This document shows positions 1 to 14,331 of a stretch of DNA of 64,000 bases, piece after piece (the stretch's first letter is position 1; each line of letters begins with the position of its first letter). Position numbers and translations under genes: made by a program. Below the pieces are notes generated by a model. That model was not told the origin of the DNA, did not search any database, and saw only the letters and a list, made by a program, of their open reading frames with translations. The stretch comes from Dipteris shenzhenensis (Eukaryota): the NCBI GenBank assembly GCA_047967505.1, contig CM106538.1. The stretch is one strand, 5' to 3'.

Positions 1-938
1 GTTTACAAACAGCTCTATTTCCAAAAACCTTTTTCAGTCCGTGTGTTGGACCTAGTGATTGAGACCACGGTTTCCAAAACCGTCTGTCCCATTGCGTTTC
101 GGACGCCCAAAAACCCCTACCTGTCAATTCTTGCACGATTCGGTGGAGGATTTTCAGAGTTAGAGATCTCTGTGTATTCGATTTCGTCTCTCTGTTATGA
201 ATTTTTTCATTCTAAGGTTTTGAAACCTTAGATTTATGCCACATGGCAATGGATAAGTGTTGACTCCCATTTCTCACTCATCGGTTGGGATTTTGGAGTT
301 CTGGCAGAAGAGAGATATTTGCAGATTTTCTTGCTGAGTCCGATTATGCAATGGTGCCCATGTTTTGAGGCATCTCAAGTTCTATTTTTAGTAGCAGTCA
401 TTACCGTGGGACTATGATTTCTTGAGCATACCTTATGCAGATCACTCTGGTTGCAATTTGAGCAGTGTGCGCTCATTCGTGGTATGCATTGGGTTGCAGT
501 GGATGATTTATAGGCCATTTGGATGCATTGCGGTCCTTATTGGATGCGTTGATAGGCCCAAATTGCCTTGTGGGATGCTATTTTTTATGGACCCTTTGCA
601 CATGTATGCTATTTTATGCTGAGGGACAGCTTTGACACATTGTAGGTGATGCACTGATAGTGCTATGCTCTCTTGGATGAGATATTATTGATGCATATGC
701 TAGTGGACGGTGTTTATGCTTGAGTCATTTGGCACTTATTGGCATTTTCTTTTGGGCCAGATTTGCTCATATGGATGCATAGTATATGCACATGAGTCAG
801 ATGCATCTTTTGATACTTTGAGCTTTGAGTTTTGGTGATATTTCACTCTATTGTGGCATACACATTTGGGTGCACCTGGTATTTGGTGTGATTCTCTCTT
901 GCAGGCACTAGCATTTGTGATTTTGTTTCATTTGCATC

Positions 939-3900
939 ATGGCATCCTCTTCCATGTTTGAAAAGGAGTTTTTCAGCATTAAAAAGTTTGATGGGACAAA
1001 CTTTTCTTTGTGGAAAGAACAAATAAGGGATATGCTTATTCAAAAGAAGTAGATTAAACCCTTGGTAGGGATTGAAGCTAAGCCTACAAATATGTCTGAG
1101 GATGATTGGAATGAGTTGGATGAATTAGCAAAGTCTACTATTAGACTTCATCTTGCAGAGTCAGTTTATTTCATAGTAGTAAATGAGCAGACTACGGAAG
1201 ATTTGTGGAAGAAACTGTGTGCCACTTATGAGAAGAAAATTGCCTCTAATAAAGTTTACCTCATGAAGAGGTTGTTTGATCTGCAGATGAAGGAAGGGGT
1301 CTCCATTGCTTCTCACTTGAATGAATTCAATATTATTTTCAGCCAGCTTCAGGCTCAGAAGATGAATTTTGATGTGGAGACTAAGGCAATATTTCTCTTA
1401 TGTTCATTGCCATCCTCATGGGATACCTTCCGTATAGCTGTCAGTAACTCTGCACATGGTGGAGTACTGAAATATGATGATGTTGTGGGTAGCTTGTTGG
1501 CCGAGGAGATTAGACGGAAGTCTATGGATGGCAACAAGCAGGATGCAGCTTTAAATGTGCAGAGGGGCAGATCACAGTTCATGGGGAAGTCCCAAGAAAG
1601 AGGGAAGTCACGTAGCAAATCCAGGGCACGAAACATTGAGTGTTACCACTGTGGCAAGAAGGGCCATATGAAAAAGGATTGCTACAAGCTAAAAAGAGAG
1701 CAAAAGGATAAGAAAAAGAATGCAAATTGGGGTGCAAATCAAAAGGAAGAGAGTCCAAGGGAGGACAAAGGAAAAGTGAAGATCGAGGAGATCAATGCAG
1801 TCACACATGATAGTGACAATGACGTTCTCTTCATGTCTAGTTTATCTGTAGAGTTGCTTACCACTTCAGATGATGCATATTCCCAGGATTGGATTTTGGA
1901 TTCTGGTGCTTCATTCCATGTTACTCCCCATAGGGAATGGTTCTCCACTTATGACAGTGGAAAGACAAGTTGTGTGCATCTTGGAAATGACTATGCATGT
2001 GACATAGTGGGAGCAGGTGACATAAAGTTTTCTTTTGCAAATGGGTCTGCATTTGTTTTGAAACATGTGAGACATGTGCCTAAGCTGACCAAGAGTCTTA
2101 TTTCAGTGGGTCAGCTAGATGATGCTGGTTTTCACACCACTTTTGGCTTTCAGAGTTGGAAAATTCAGAAGGGCTCTATGCTTTTGGCCAGGGGTGCCAA
2201 GTGTGGGACTTTGTATCCCTTACATGTATCAGGGGTATTTGATCATGTTGTTGCAATAACCGAGCAGCCAAGCACTTCTTTGTGGCATTGCAGGTTGGGG
2301 AACATGAGCCAGAATGGAATGAAACTCTTATGCCATTTGGGTTATGTACCGCATTTGAGTTTCTGTGATTTTGAATTTTGTGAGCATTGTCTCTATGGGA
2401 AGCAGACTAAATCAGCCCATAAAAGAAGGGGAAAGAAAGAGTTTGAAAAGCTTGATTTGGTGCATTCAGACGTATGTGGTCCCATGCCTACACGGTCATT
2501 AGGCGGGGCTGAATACTATGTGACATTCATTGATGATGCAACTAGGAAAGTGTGGGCTTATGCTATAGCTCGAAAGAGTGATGTGTTCCAGGTATTTCAG
2601 AAATGGCTGGCCTTGGTTGAGAATCAGTCAGGTAGAATGCTTAAATGCCTATGGACTGACAATGGTGGAGAGTATCTCTCTCATGACTTTTAGCATTTCT
2701 GTGATACACGTGGGATTAAGAGGGAGCTCACATCCCCTCGTACTCCAGAGCAAAATCCAATTGCAAAAAAGATGAACCGTACCATTCAAGAAAGGTTGCA
2801 ATGCATGCTTTCCAATGCAAGTCTTTCTGGTGGTTTTTGGGCTGAGGCAATGAAGACTGCAGTACATGTGATCAATAGATCACCTAGTAAGAGTTTGGAT
2901 GGTGGTATTCCTGAAGAGGCATGGAGTGGCAAGAAGCCCTCTTACTCTCATTTGCATATATTTGGGTGTGAGGCATATGCACATGTGCCAAAAGAGCTTC
3001 GAAAGAAGCTAGATCCTAAGTCTAGGAAATGCATCTTTCTGGGTTATGGTGAAAGTGGAGAGATGGGCTATCGTCTCTGGGATCCAGAAGCAAAGAAGAT
3101 CATACGTAGCCATGATGTAGTCTTCAATGAGAAAAAGATGCATAAGGCACCCATGAGGGATGTGGAGATGAGGAGAATCACTTTCCAGGATGTGAATCCA
3201 CCTGCATATGTTGATAGACAGCAAGTTGTCCATGCACCAAATGTGCAAGAAATGGTACCACCAAGTACTCCCACAGGTATACAATCAAGGGTAGATGATG
3301 GATTATCTATTGGTGGAAATGATGAGCCAAATGTTGCTGATATGCAGGTGAAACAACAAGCTAAAATGCCCTTGAGAAGATCTTCTAGAGTGTCTAGACC
3401 GCCTGATAAGTTTGTTCCAGGGGTAGACTATGTGATGCTTACTGATTGCGGGGAGCCTTCTTGCTACAAAGAGGCTATGATGCGCGAGGATCAACGCAAG
3501 TGGGAGTATGCTATATGCAATCAGAGATGAGTTCACTTATGAAGAATAAGACTTGGGACTTGGTTTCTTTGCCACATGGAAAGAAAGCATTGCCATGTAA
3601 ATGGGTCTACAAGATGAAGGTCACAGGTGATGATGTGCCTAGGTACAAGGCCCGTTTGGTTGCTAAAGGGTTCAAGCAAGAGAAGGGTGTGGACTTTGAT
3701 GAGATATTCTCTCCAGTTGTGAAGATGACCACACTTAGATGCATGCTTGGACTAGTGGCAGCAGAGGATATGGAGCTTATGCAGATGGATGTCAAGACAG
3801 CTTTCTTGCATGGGGATTTGCATGAGGAAATTTACATGGTGCAACCGGAAGGCTTTAAAGAAAAGGGCAAAGAGCATTTAGTTTGCAAGTTGAAGAAGAG

Positions 3901-4990
3901 TCTCTATGGTCTTAAGCAAGCGCCTAGAGAATGGTATAAGAAGTTTGATGCTTTCATTCGGTCCCAGGGTTTTAGAAGGAGTGAAATTGATCACTGCCTC
4001 TACGCTAAAAGAGCTAAGGATAATAGCCTGATAATCTTGGCACTATATGTGGATGATATGTTATTGGCTAGCAAGAATACCTATGAGCTAGATGCATCAA
4101 AGGCGAAGTTGCATGAGGCCTTTGATATGAAGGATTTGGGACTTGCAGGTCATATTCTTGGTATGCGCATCACGCGTGATCGGAGTAGGAAACTCCTTTG
4201 GCTTTCACAAAAAGAGTATATTATAAAAGTATTGCAGTGTTTCAATATGGAGGGGGGGAAGGCAATGAGTACTCCATTGCCTCCATATGTGAAACTGAGT
4301 CATACAGATAGTCCCAAATCAAATGAGGAAAGGGCCATGATGGCCAAGGTTCCTTCTGCATTAGCAGTTGGGAGTCTTATGTATGCTATGATAGCTACTA
4401 GACCAGACATTGCATTTGCAATGGGAGTTGTTAGCCGGTATATGGCTAATCCAGGAAAGAGGCATTGGGAGGCAGTTAAGTGCATCATGAGGTACATGAA
4501 GGGTACCAAGGAGATGTGCATCTGCTTTGGTAGAGGAGACGCGTGTACTTGGGTACACAGATTCAGACTATGCAGGGCATGTGGATAGTAGGAGATCCAC
4601 TTCTGGTTATGTGTTCACCTTTGCAGGTGGTGCAGTGTCATGGATGTCTCGCGCACAGAAGTGCATTGCTTTGTCTACCATAGAGGCTGAGTATGTTGTA
4701 GCCATAGAGGGTTGCAAGGAGGCTATATGGCTTGATCAACTAGTGGGAGATTTGGGGATTCATACAGGTGTACCGACATTGCATAGTGATTCCATGAGTG
4801 CTATACAGCTAGCACGGAATCCGGTCTTTCATGCAAAGACCAAACACATTGAGGTCAGGTACCATTTCATCAGGGAGGTACTTGAGGACAAGCGCATAGA
4901 GCTTGTCAAGGTTCATACATATGATAACCCTGCAGATATGCTGATGAAGAGTCTACCTAGTTAGCGGTTTGAGTATTGTTGTGTATTGAT
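939..4990 (+). mobile_element. Ty1/copia retrotransposon gag-pol, decayed (gag, zinc knuckle, protease, integrase, RT, RNase H); 3' LTR missing
   Basis: ATG at 939 gives MASSSMFEKEFFSIKKFDGTNFSLWKEQI (TAG at 1050). Motifs: CYHCGKKGHMKKDC, WILDSGAS, LWHCRLG..CEHC, HSDVCGP/DNGGEY, YKARLVAKG/MDVKTAFLHG/LYVDDML, DSDYAG/TKHIEVRYHFIRE. Copia order (IN before RT). Stops or frameshifts near 1050, 2691, 3520, 4530 and 4962. Confidence 0.96.
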
Positions 4991-5146
4991 GGCCAATAAA
5001 GCAAAAGGTTTCAGAAGTGATGTCTCATCTGGAGTGGATAAATTCAAGGAGCACAAAGAGTTCGAAAGTGTTGGCTTATCAAACATGGATGGCATGGATA
5101 TTGACTCAAATGGTCCGAAGATTACTTCAAGGGCTAGAATGAAATC

Positions 5147-5408
5147 AACAAAGGACTATTCGGTATTTGAATTTGACAGCAATGATAAGATAAACAATGC
5201 AACATCCCATGAAAACATGGTGACAAATAAATTCAACGGGGAGAAGTGTAGAATTTCCAAAAACTTGGATGTACAGAAGAAACCAACAAAAGACTATTCG
5301 GTATTTAACTTTGATGGTAGTAAGATGAAGGATGCAACATCCCATGAAAATAAAGTGACAAATAAATTTGATAAGGAGAAGTGTACAAACATACAGAAGA
5401 AACGGACA
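5147..5408 (+). repeat. Two diverged ~135-bp direct repeats (KDYSVF..DATSHEN.VTNKF coding repeat)
   Basis: The block gactattcggtattt...atgcaacatcccatgaaaa...gtgacaaataaatt occurs at ~5153 and ~5292. Confidence 0.8.
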
Positions 5409-5439
5409 TACATATGATCGAAAAGAAAGCGAGTCCAGG

Positions 5440-7680
5440 CAGATGTAGAAAAGCAACCAAAGAGAATAAGAGTATTTAATGAAGATGTTATGCTAAAAGC
5501 AATGTGATCTACATGTTGCAAGCGAAGTTGTATGCATTCCATTAACTTACTTGACATCAAGGGATGTAGAGAATAGGTGTGGCATTAGAAGAGGGAGCAA
5601 AAGAAATGAATACCTACTCACGAGGCTCTCTTGCTTTCTGGTAAATGATACGAAAAAGCCAAATTTCAAACAACAGATAAAGCCTCGTATAAATGGAAAA
5701 AGTATTTGTAATAATTCATATCTCATTACTACAGGATTATCACATGGCACAAATTGGGATTTGGCAAACAAAGCAAAGTATGGAGTAAAGTTTAACATTC
5801 ATGGACACACAGGAAGGCCCAAAACAAGAGCCTCAATAGTCTCGGCAATAGCAATTTTAAAAGACTACATTCATGAAAATGCTTTACCTCAACCCCATCT
5901 ATTTGAAATGAATCATCTGATAGGTTTGACAAAAAAAGAAGTGTTTAAGTCTATTGGAGAAATACAAAGGCAAAGAGGGCATGCTCTAACATCTTTTCAC
6001 AATTTGTATACTCTTTGGAAGAAGATCTTTGTATATGTTAAAATCCCAAAAAGGCAAAAAATATCAAAGTGCAGTGATTGTGATGATCTAAAGCAAGCAC
6101 TCAAGAGTGCAACCTCTCCAGAACAAAGAGAATCATACAAAAAAAAAGAGAATTTTATCATGGACTGGTTCGGCATTCTAGACTAAAATATGCATTTTTG
6201 AAGGAGCAAGCTATTTCTCATCCAAATGAGTACATGTGCGTTATTGTAGATGGTATGGATCAGAACACAACATCATTACCTCGATTCATAAATACTCGAA
6301 CTAAGCTACAAGGAAAATACTTTTTGAAGACACATCTATGTGGAGTGTTAGTGCATGGATTTAAGTTTTTTGCAGGCATATGGATTGATTCCTTGCACCT
6401 ACATGATAGCAATCAAGTTGTAACGTCAGTTATGAAGGCAATTCACAGTGTACATGTAGAAAAAGGTCACCTACTAGCAAATTTGAGAATACAAGTAGAC
6501 AATTGCAGACGAGAGAATAAGAATGTACTCTTTTTTGCATTTTGCTCAATGCTAATCGCTGATCGAATCTTCAATGAGATTGAAGTTGGGTTTTTGTTGG
6601 TTGGACACACACATGAGGATATCGATCAGGTTTTTAGCACAATATCAAGAGAGCTAAAACACAAGGACATGGAGACGATGGATGACTTGATAAGAAAATG
6701 TGGGAGGCAAGTTGGTGGCCACAAGGAAGGTATAGTATGCTCCATGGTTAAAAGGATGTTTGATTGGAAGAGCTTTATTCTACCTTTCATACAAAAAGGT
6801 GGTGATGCCCTGCTTGGTGGTCATAGCGCTCCACACTGCTTTCATTTTTTCTTAAAGGATGAAAACCAGTGATACAGTGGCAACACTATTCTCATGATGA
6901 TATGGGAACCCGAAGAACCTTACTATCTCTTAGCTTCAATCCCGAGCAAAGAAATACATCCAATATGGGCTCCTATAAAAGAATTTAGCGAGAAATCTAA
7001 AGGTGAAATAGAAGGCTTAAAATCTTTTATTGCATACAAAGAGGAAATGCTTCGTAGATTTCCTAACTGGGAGACCTCTTGGAAGGAACACACTACTGTT
7101 ATAATTAAGAAGACCTATCAATTGATAAAGGACCTTGAGAAAATGCGAGCAGATGATGCCAAGGCAAAACGACCTTTATTTTGGCCAAATGTTGGTAACG
7201 ACTTGCACCCAACTCCCACGTCCATATTGTGGTCTAAGGAAGAGAGAGTTTATGCCGTAAGTAGACATAGACATCCACTGTTTTATTGCAGTTCATCGAC
7301 CATCGGACGATGAGCATGAGAATGTTAAGTTCTGGGTTGCAAAAGTGGTGGATGTGACCATGGATGACAAGGGAAAAGTTGCAACATTTATAGCACTATG
7401 GTATGAGCCAAGGGGTAGGAAGGAGAACCACGATAACAATACACTGTATATTAGTTTTTTGAAGAAGGAATGGGTTCCAAACCATGAGAGCTTTCCATAG
7501 AGACAGTCATAGTATATTGGAAATCAAGGACAAAGAAAACAAGAAAGCACATGGGATATGATGTAGAAGAAAAAATAAGAATACCGCTACCCATTATTTT
7601 GCACATTATAGAGTTTTTGAAGATGCTCGCTAAGGAGGAAGTAGAAGGAGATAGCACAAATGAAGAATGCCCATGACAAT
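5440..7680 (+). pseudogene. Sola-like (DUF7869-type) DDD transposase, decayed
   Basis: Consecutive ORFs give SKCSDC, VIVDGMDQ, QVDNCRRENKN and FLLVGHTHEDIDQVFS, then an FWVAKVV..LWYEP C-terminal region. Several stops and frameshifts; termini not identified. Confidence 0.75.
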
Positions 7681-8944
7681 ACCATTCAAGCATCCAAGCA
7701 ACAAGTGACGATGAATTGGACATTCAAACAAACTAGTTACCTATTTGTACTTAACACATTTGTAAAGGCAGAATTGAGTTATTGAAAAGGCTGCGTGTCA
7801 GACTCCTTTGTACAAAGACTCCAAGAGCAATATTTCTTGTAAACATATGACATTGTAAAATTGCAAGCATAGCTATTACTATTTTTGGAGCACATTTAAA
7901 GAGTCTTCTATGCCTCTTGTCTATTTTAACCTTTAAATTTTTTGGGCCTTTAAGAGTGTTATAGTTTTCTACATCAAATTTTAGGTGCATTCTTTTGGAT
8001 TTAATTATATTAATAAGTCTTTATTTTGAAAGTGATTTTTCATGGATTTAAATTAATAACTCATGATTTTTTAAAACGTGAATAGGATTGTTAAAAAGAA
8101 GAAGTACAAAAGTAGGATTTTATCGAAATTTTTGCATTAGTAGTGCACCATTATAGAGAGAGATTGCGAAATTTATTGTGTGGAAATGATAGTGCCAAAA
8201 AGTGAACTTTTGATTCTCGAATGATATTCTCATAAACTTTTCAATTGGGAAGGATTTTTGGGATTATTCCAAGAGTAGACATATGAGTCCAAAATTAATG
8301 AAATAAGTGTTGTATATGAAGTTCATAATTGTGGACCTAGCCTAGATATGCATTTTACTTCGCCTACTTGTGGTCTAACTGAAAGAAGATACTCAACATG
8401 TTGTAGCTTGCTTAAAGCTATACCCTACACCAACACACACTACACTAGAGGGGGGGGAACAATATCAATGGTCCTTGCTATGGATCCGTGAGATGACGGC
8501 GGTCCCTAAGGCTTCATGACACATGAGCTTACACATGTCCTTTCACATCATAAGGCACGTCTTGGGAACTTGGTTGTTTTGGTATTTGTTGATGTTTCCA
8601 AGCTATTACCTTTCAAGCCATTTGAGGCTGCAATGTATAAGGCAATGGAATGCGATGCTGAAGGCAGCTTGTTGGCTTGCCATTCTCTCTAAATGCTTTC
8701 TTGCTGTGTCACCCTCTCTCTCTTTTATAGTCAGTATCACCCTTTAGTTTAAGTGACTAGTTGGTTGTCATGTAAGTGGTGGAAGATGCCAGGCATATTC
8801 ATGGAGTTTGAGAACAATGAGCAGCAATCTCCTTCACATATCATCACACCGGAAGTTCTAGCCACTCTACTGTAAGAACTTGTGCAATCCAATATACACT
8901 TTGCTGATTTGACCGCTAATCACACCAAGCTTTGCATTTAGGAC

Positions 8945-9424
8945 ATGCCTCCAAAGTCCATCCTAAAACTTGATCTGGTACTTTTGAAGAAGATATTTAC
9001 CTTGGAGTACCACCATTGGTTAGCCAAACAAAAAGTAGAAGAGATCAAGTACTCTTTCCAAGGGTTGGCAGCAGCCTGGTACCAACAACTTGATAATAGT
9101 ATTAAGCACTCGTGGGTACATCTGGTTCATGTATTGACGACAGCTTTTGACAACACAAACACCGTAAAGGATGCACTCACTCAGTTATAAGATCTTGAAT
9201 AGCTGTCGACTGATAGTGTTTTCCAACTCGGTGTTGGCATGCAACTAACTCATTTGTTGATGTGTGTTTATCCAAATATGGTGGAAGATATCAATCTTTT
9301 TTTCTTGTGGCGGAGACTCAACTCAAATGTTTCCCAAAGAATGCAAAATCAAGGACCAAAGACATTGAATGAGACATTGACCAATGGACATAGATCATGT
9401 CCAAAATGCATAGAATTTCCATAA
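8945..9424 (+). pseudogene. Ty3/gypsy-type gag remnant
   Basis: FQGLAAAWYQQL..SWVHLVHVLTTAF and QGPKTLNE resemble retrotransposon gag; heavily decayed. Confidence 0.5.
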
Positions 9425-10383
9425 AATTCCCCATCGGCGAAGTTGACCTGAATCTATTTCCGTTCGAGCCAAATTACCAGACTGTGACCATCATGGCAGA
9501 CCTTGTTTCTTTTAATGCAGCAAATACAGCTCATTCGCAAATATTGTAGAATGCTTCAACCTCTGCGAAATTCTCAAATCACAGATTTGATCTCTTCCAA
9601 GTTCTTGGTTTTGGGAAAAGATCAATTTTCTCAAGTGGCACTGCCTTTGCTGCATCAGTGGCTTTCTCTTGTAGAAAAGTCACCTTATGAGACATCTGCT
9701 TATCATATTGCTCAAAAATCCCTTTGAGGGCAAATGCCATCAAGTGCATTGCAACTCCAACGGACTGAGATGAAAATTGGGATTTTCCATCCACACAATT
9801 CTTCATGTTGGTTAACACGCTCTTGGAGATCACCCTTGAGAAAGATACATCACATCCTTTCAGTTGCTCTACTGCTACTTGAACCTACAAGAACTTGTAG
9901 GTTCCTCTCGTATCAGGAAAGAAGTGAATGGTCTTCTTCACCATATCTTAGAGGTCTATTGGCAAGCTCAAAATCTTAACTCCACCATCTTTACTAATCT
10001 GAGCGTTGGGGTATACATCTAGAATATCCTGTCTCTTCCACTGCTTCTTGAAAAAGTGTGCTTGCAATCTTCCTAGAGCATTTTCAATCATGCTTTCATT
10101 GATGGTAATCTTCTGACCTTGATAGACTAGTTGCCTCTCCTTCTCGTTCACCTCCTGTACCAACCTGGTGAAGTTTTGGAGAGCATCCAAATTGGGCTTT
10201 TGAAGAGTGAGAGAGGAGCTCCCATATGTCACAATTTCAAGATCAAGGGAGCAATGGCTCTCACACTGTGCTGCAGAGGGGGAGGAAATTTTGTATGAGG
10301 AGCTCTCAAACTATGCAGGGTCCATTACGAGAGGGGATAGAAGTTGCAAGAAGAGTGCAAGGGAGATAGAAATGGTTGAGAGG

Positions 10384-10538
10384 GATAGAAGATGAAATAT
10401 GAAGGAAATGGAATAGTGGAGGCTTGAGTTTGTGGTCCAATAGCAAGGGAGAAAGAAATGGTCGAGAGAGATAGAAGATGAAACATTGAAGGAAATGGAA
10501 TAGTGAAGGCGTGAGTTTGTAGTCCGATTGCAAGGGAG
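10384..10538 (+). repeat. Two ~86-bp-period direct repeats abutting the truncated copia
   Basis: gatagaagatgaaa..tgaaggaaatggaatagtg.aggc.tgagtttgt.gtcc.at.gcaagggag at 10384 and 10470. Confidence 0.8.
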
Positions 10539-12780
10539 ATGTTGTTTTTGATTAGATGAGTAGCTGGTATAAACCAGTAAATGTGATGATTGATGTAGAT
10601 GCACAAAATGGTAATGCTGCACAGAATTCACAGCAGCAATCACAAAATATCAGTGGACCTGTAGTGTCCTCTAGCAGTGGTTCACATACTTCGCCATGGA
10701 CAGGCAGATTGAGATCAGGAGAATCTCCTCAAAGCAATGCAGATAGTGGTATGCAGGTATCACAAAAAGGAAAAGAGAAGGTAGATCAGCCCATGTTTGA
10801 TGTGAATGCAGGTCACTCTTATGTGGATGGTGAATCCAGTGGCTCAGAACAGAGCATTGATGATGAGTTGGGTATTCCTTCTATTGTTACACCTGGAGTA
10901 AGGAAGACCATGGATGTTTTGAGAGCACCTGGAAGTGAGACTATTTTGCGCAGGTCTACCAGAGCTAGGTATCTTGTGGATAGGCTGAAATATGATGGAT
11001 TTACAGCCATTCACTATGCCTATATGGTCAAAGTGATACAGCAACCAGAACCCACTTCTTTTGAGCAAGCCATGGGAAATGAAAAATGGGAGAAAGCCAT
11101 GGATGAAGAAATGGATGCCTTGGAAGCAAATGCTACATGGGAATTGGTGCCTTTGCCTAAAGACAAGAATGCAATTGGCTGTAAGTGGGTTTATAGGATC
11201 AAGCACAATACAGAAGGTTCTGTGAACAGATACAAGGCAAGATTAGTTGTCAAGGGGTATGCACAGACATATGGCATTGATTATGAAGAAACATTGAACA
11301 GTCTGGTTGCAAGGATGGCAACTGTAAGAGCAGTCATTGCTATGGCTACATCAAAGGGATGGTCTTTACATCAGATGGATGTAAAGAATGCCTTCTTGCA
11401 TGGTGATTTGCAAGAAGAGGTCTTTATGGAGCAGCCACCATGTTATGTTCGTGCTATTCATCCTGAGTTTGTTTGCAGGTTGAAGAAAGCCTTGTATGGC
11501 TTGAAGCAAGCACCTAGAGCATGGTTTGACAAGATAGGACAGTATCTTATCACTATTGGCTTTCAGATTTCCAAGGCAGATTTCTCACTCTATGTGAGAA
11601 AAACAGAGAAAGATATTATGCTGCTTGTTATTTATGTTGATGATTTGATCATCACAGGTGATAGTGATGAAGATATCCTTCATGTGAAAATGCTATTGAA
11701 GCAGAAGTTTGAGATGAAGGATTTGGGAGAGCTGCATTATTTCTTGGGCATTGAGGTGATTAGATCACCAAGTGGGATACAGCTCTTGCAGAGGCAGTAT
11801 GGATTGGACATGCTGTCCAAATATGGGATGACAGGGTGTAAGCCTATTTCAGTTCCTTTGGAGCAGAATGTGAAGCTGAGCACAGATGCAGGTGAGCTTC
11901 TGGAAGACCCTACTATGTACAGACGCATAGTAGGAAGTTTGATTTATATGACTATTACCGAGCCAGATTTAAGCTATGCTATTGGATTGGTAAGTTAGTT
12001 TATGCAGGCTCCAAGGAAACTGCATTTGGATGCGGCTAGACACATACTCAAGTATGTGAAGTCCACATTGCAGTATGGACTATTTTATGAGGCTGGGGTT
12101 CAGATACAGTTGCATGGATACACTAATGCTGATTGGGCTGGTAGTACTTCTGATAGACGATCTACCAGTGGATATGTGTTCTCTTTTGGGAGTGTTGCAG
12201 TCACCTGGAGCAACAAGAAACAGCCTACAGTTGCCTTGTCGAGCACAGAGGCTGAGTATAGGGGTGCAGCAATGGCTGCATGTGAGGTAGCTTGGTTGCA
12301 TAAGCTACTTTATGATATGCATCAATCTATAGATGGGCCAATTGTCATTTATTGTGACAACATGAGCAGTATACACTTGGCAAATAACCCAGTCTATCAT
12401 GCTAGAACAAAGCACATTGAGGTGCATTATCACTATGTGTGGAAGAAGGTTTTACTAGGTCTTATTAATCTAGTTTATGTCAGCTCAGAGGATCGGGTAG
12501 CTGACATATTCACAAAGGCATTAGGCGCAGAGAAGCTGCATAAGTTCAGAGACCTGCTTGGTGTGCAGGAATTGGGATTGAGCTCGAGGGGGAGTGTTGA
12601 GATATCGAGCTCCACTCGTGATATGCCAGGGTGACCGTTGTGCATTTATGTCACCGACTTGTTAGCTGCAGATGCGGTTGGTACACCGCCCACGAATAAT
12701 AGCTGGACGATAGCTATCCTTATCTACTCTAGTTCGTGGCTCAGTTAATATGCCACCTTAGTTAGTTGAGTTTGGTTTGA
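10536..12780 (+). mobile_element. 5'-truncated Ty1/copia element (integrase tail, RT, RNase H, PPT, start of 3' LTR)
   Basis: DVVFD* tail, YKARLVVKGY, MDVKNAFLHG, IYVDDLI, ADWAG, TKHIEVHYH. In-frame TAG at 11996. PPT gagggggag at 12586-12594 is followed directly by TGTTG (LTR start 12595). LTR end not resolved. Confidence 0.93.
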
Positions 12781-14279
12781 GACCCACATATAGGGTTCTT
12801 CTATTTCTTTGTACTAGAGTTCTTTTGGCTTTCACAACTAAGAAGAGGAAAATTGTTTTCAACCTCCACCTGTGTGTGTATTCCCCCATTGTGTATGTGA
12901 GAAAGCCGCAAGTGAGACTCCTTCCCTCTCTCCCACTATCTTCACAGGGGGTTCTATCCTACCTAATCTACCTACTCAAATAAAAACACTACAAAAAACA
13001 ACCACTTAAAAGCGACAAATGAGAGATTTTCCAAGGGGGTGATTGGAAACTCACTCAAGACTTCCAAATCTGATTCAAACTCCATTTTTAGTGAGATTTG
13101 ACAATGCACACACCTTAGCAATCACTCAATCAAGAAAAAAAGAATCCAAAACAAGCTTCAATGCATAAAAAACTCTATGGACAGAAATGATAGTTCTTGC
13201 TTTTCTACTCTAAACACACTCCTTTCCCACTCAAACCAATCCTAATCTCCACTAGAACACTCCTAAGCTAGGAACCATTGTGTAAAGGGTGGTTAATGGA
13301 AGAAATCTTATGCATTTCAAACACATACCTCGAACTCCTCTGCAAAACGGTGCAAAAAATGTGTAGACTGGCGGTGACTCCACATGTCATAGGGATCTTA
13401 GAGGGATGCCGATGGAGACCCCACTCCCGAGAAACTCATTGTGAGAACTTTGTAAGCACGATCCTAACACTTGTGTCACTCAAGTGTCTACCAGATTGTG
13501 GCAATGGAGATTCCACCACATGAATGAAGGAGGGGATGAGTAAGAGAAGAGGAGGTGGAGAGAAGGGGAAGGGGAGTCGAAAGGAAGGAGAAGGTGAAGG
13601 GGGGAGAGTGGTAATGACAAGGCAACACATAATGGAAAGCAAGAAGTCTCACTCATAAGAAGATAAAGATAATGAGAGAGTTTGTATTCCAAAAGTTGCA
13701 AGTACATACTAAAGACCAAAGTCAACATTTTGGCCCTTTACACATTGCACCTTTTGAGGTGAGGGCTAACCCTATACTCTCTTTCACCTCTCTCACTCTC
13801 TTTTTACAAGAACTTGGGCCCATACAGCTCCAAGGTGGATATCGCATTGCCTACCTCACACCCTCTCCTACTTCTCTGCTTCATCTTTACAAACTCCTAC
13901 CACTTGCCATGAATTGTTAACCGTGGTGGTCAACACACACACACACACACACAATCCTTTTCTTCCTCTTTCCATGGAGCTTACATTATTTCCCTTGTCA
14001 CCCATTTGGTATAACTTTTTAAACTACCTTCCCTCTCTCTCTCTCTCTTCAAATAAAACTTCCTCCCGCACTCTATACCCTTGCCTCTCTTTCTTCTAAT
14101 TTCCCTCACACCCTTTCTCAACCCCCCCCCCCTTTTTTTCATAATCTAAAACTGGTTTTTAAATAAAAATATATTTTCTCCTAATATTTCCCTATTTTCC
14201 CCAAAAAAATTTAAATCTTCCTAAAATTTTCCAAGTTTTGATAATATTTTCCCCCTATTTTATCTATGTTTTATGTCCC

Positions 14280-14282
<3 letters not shown>

Positions 14283-14328
<46 letters not shown>
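14283..14328 (+). repeat. (CT)n microsatellite
   Basis: Directly visible. Confidence 0.95.

Positions 14329-14331
<3 letters not shown>

Noticed and set aside
1355-4558. Minus-strand ORFs over the copia pol
   Set aside because: Antisense shadows of the real reading frame.
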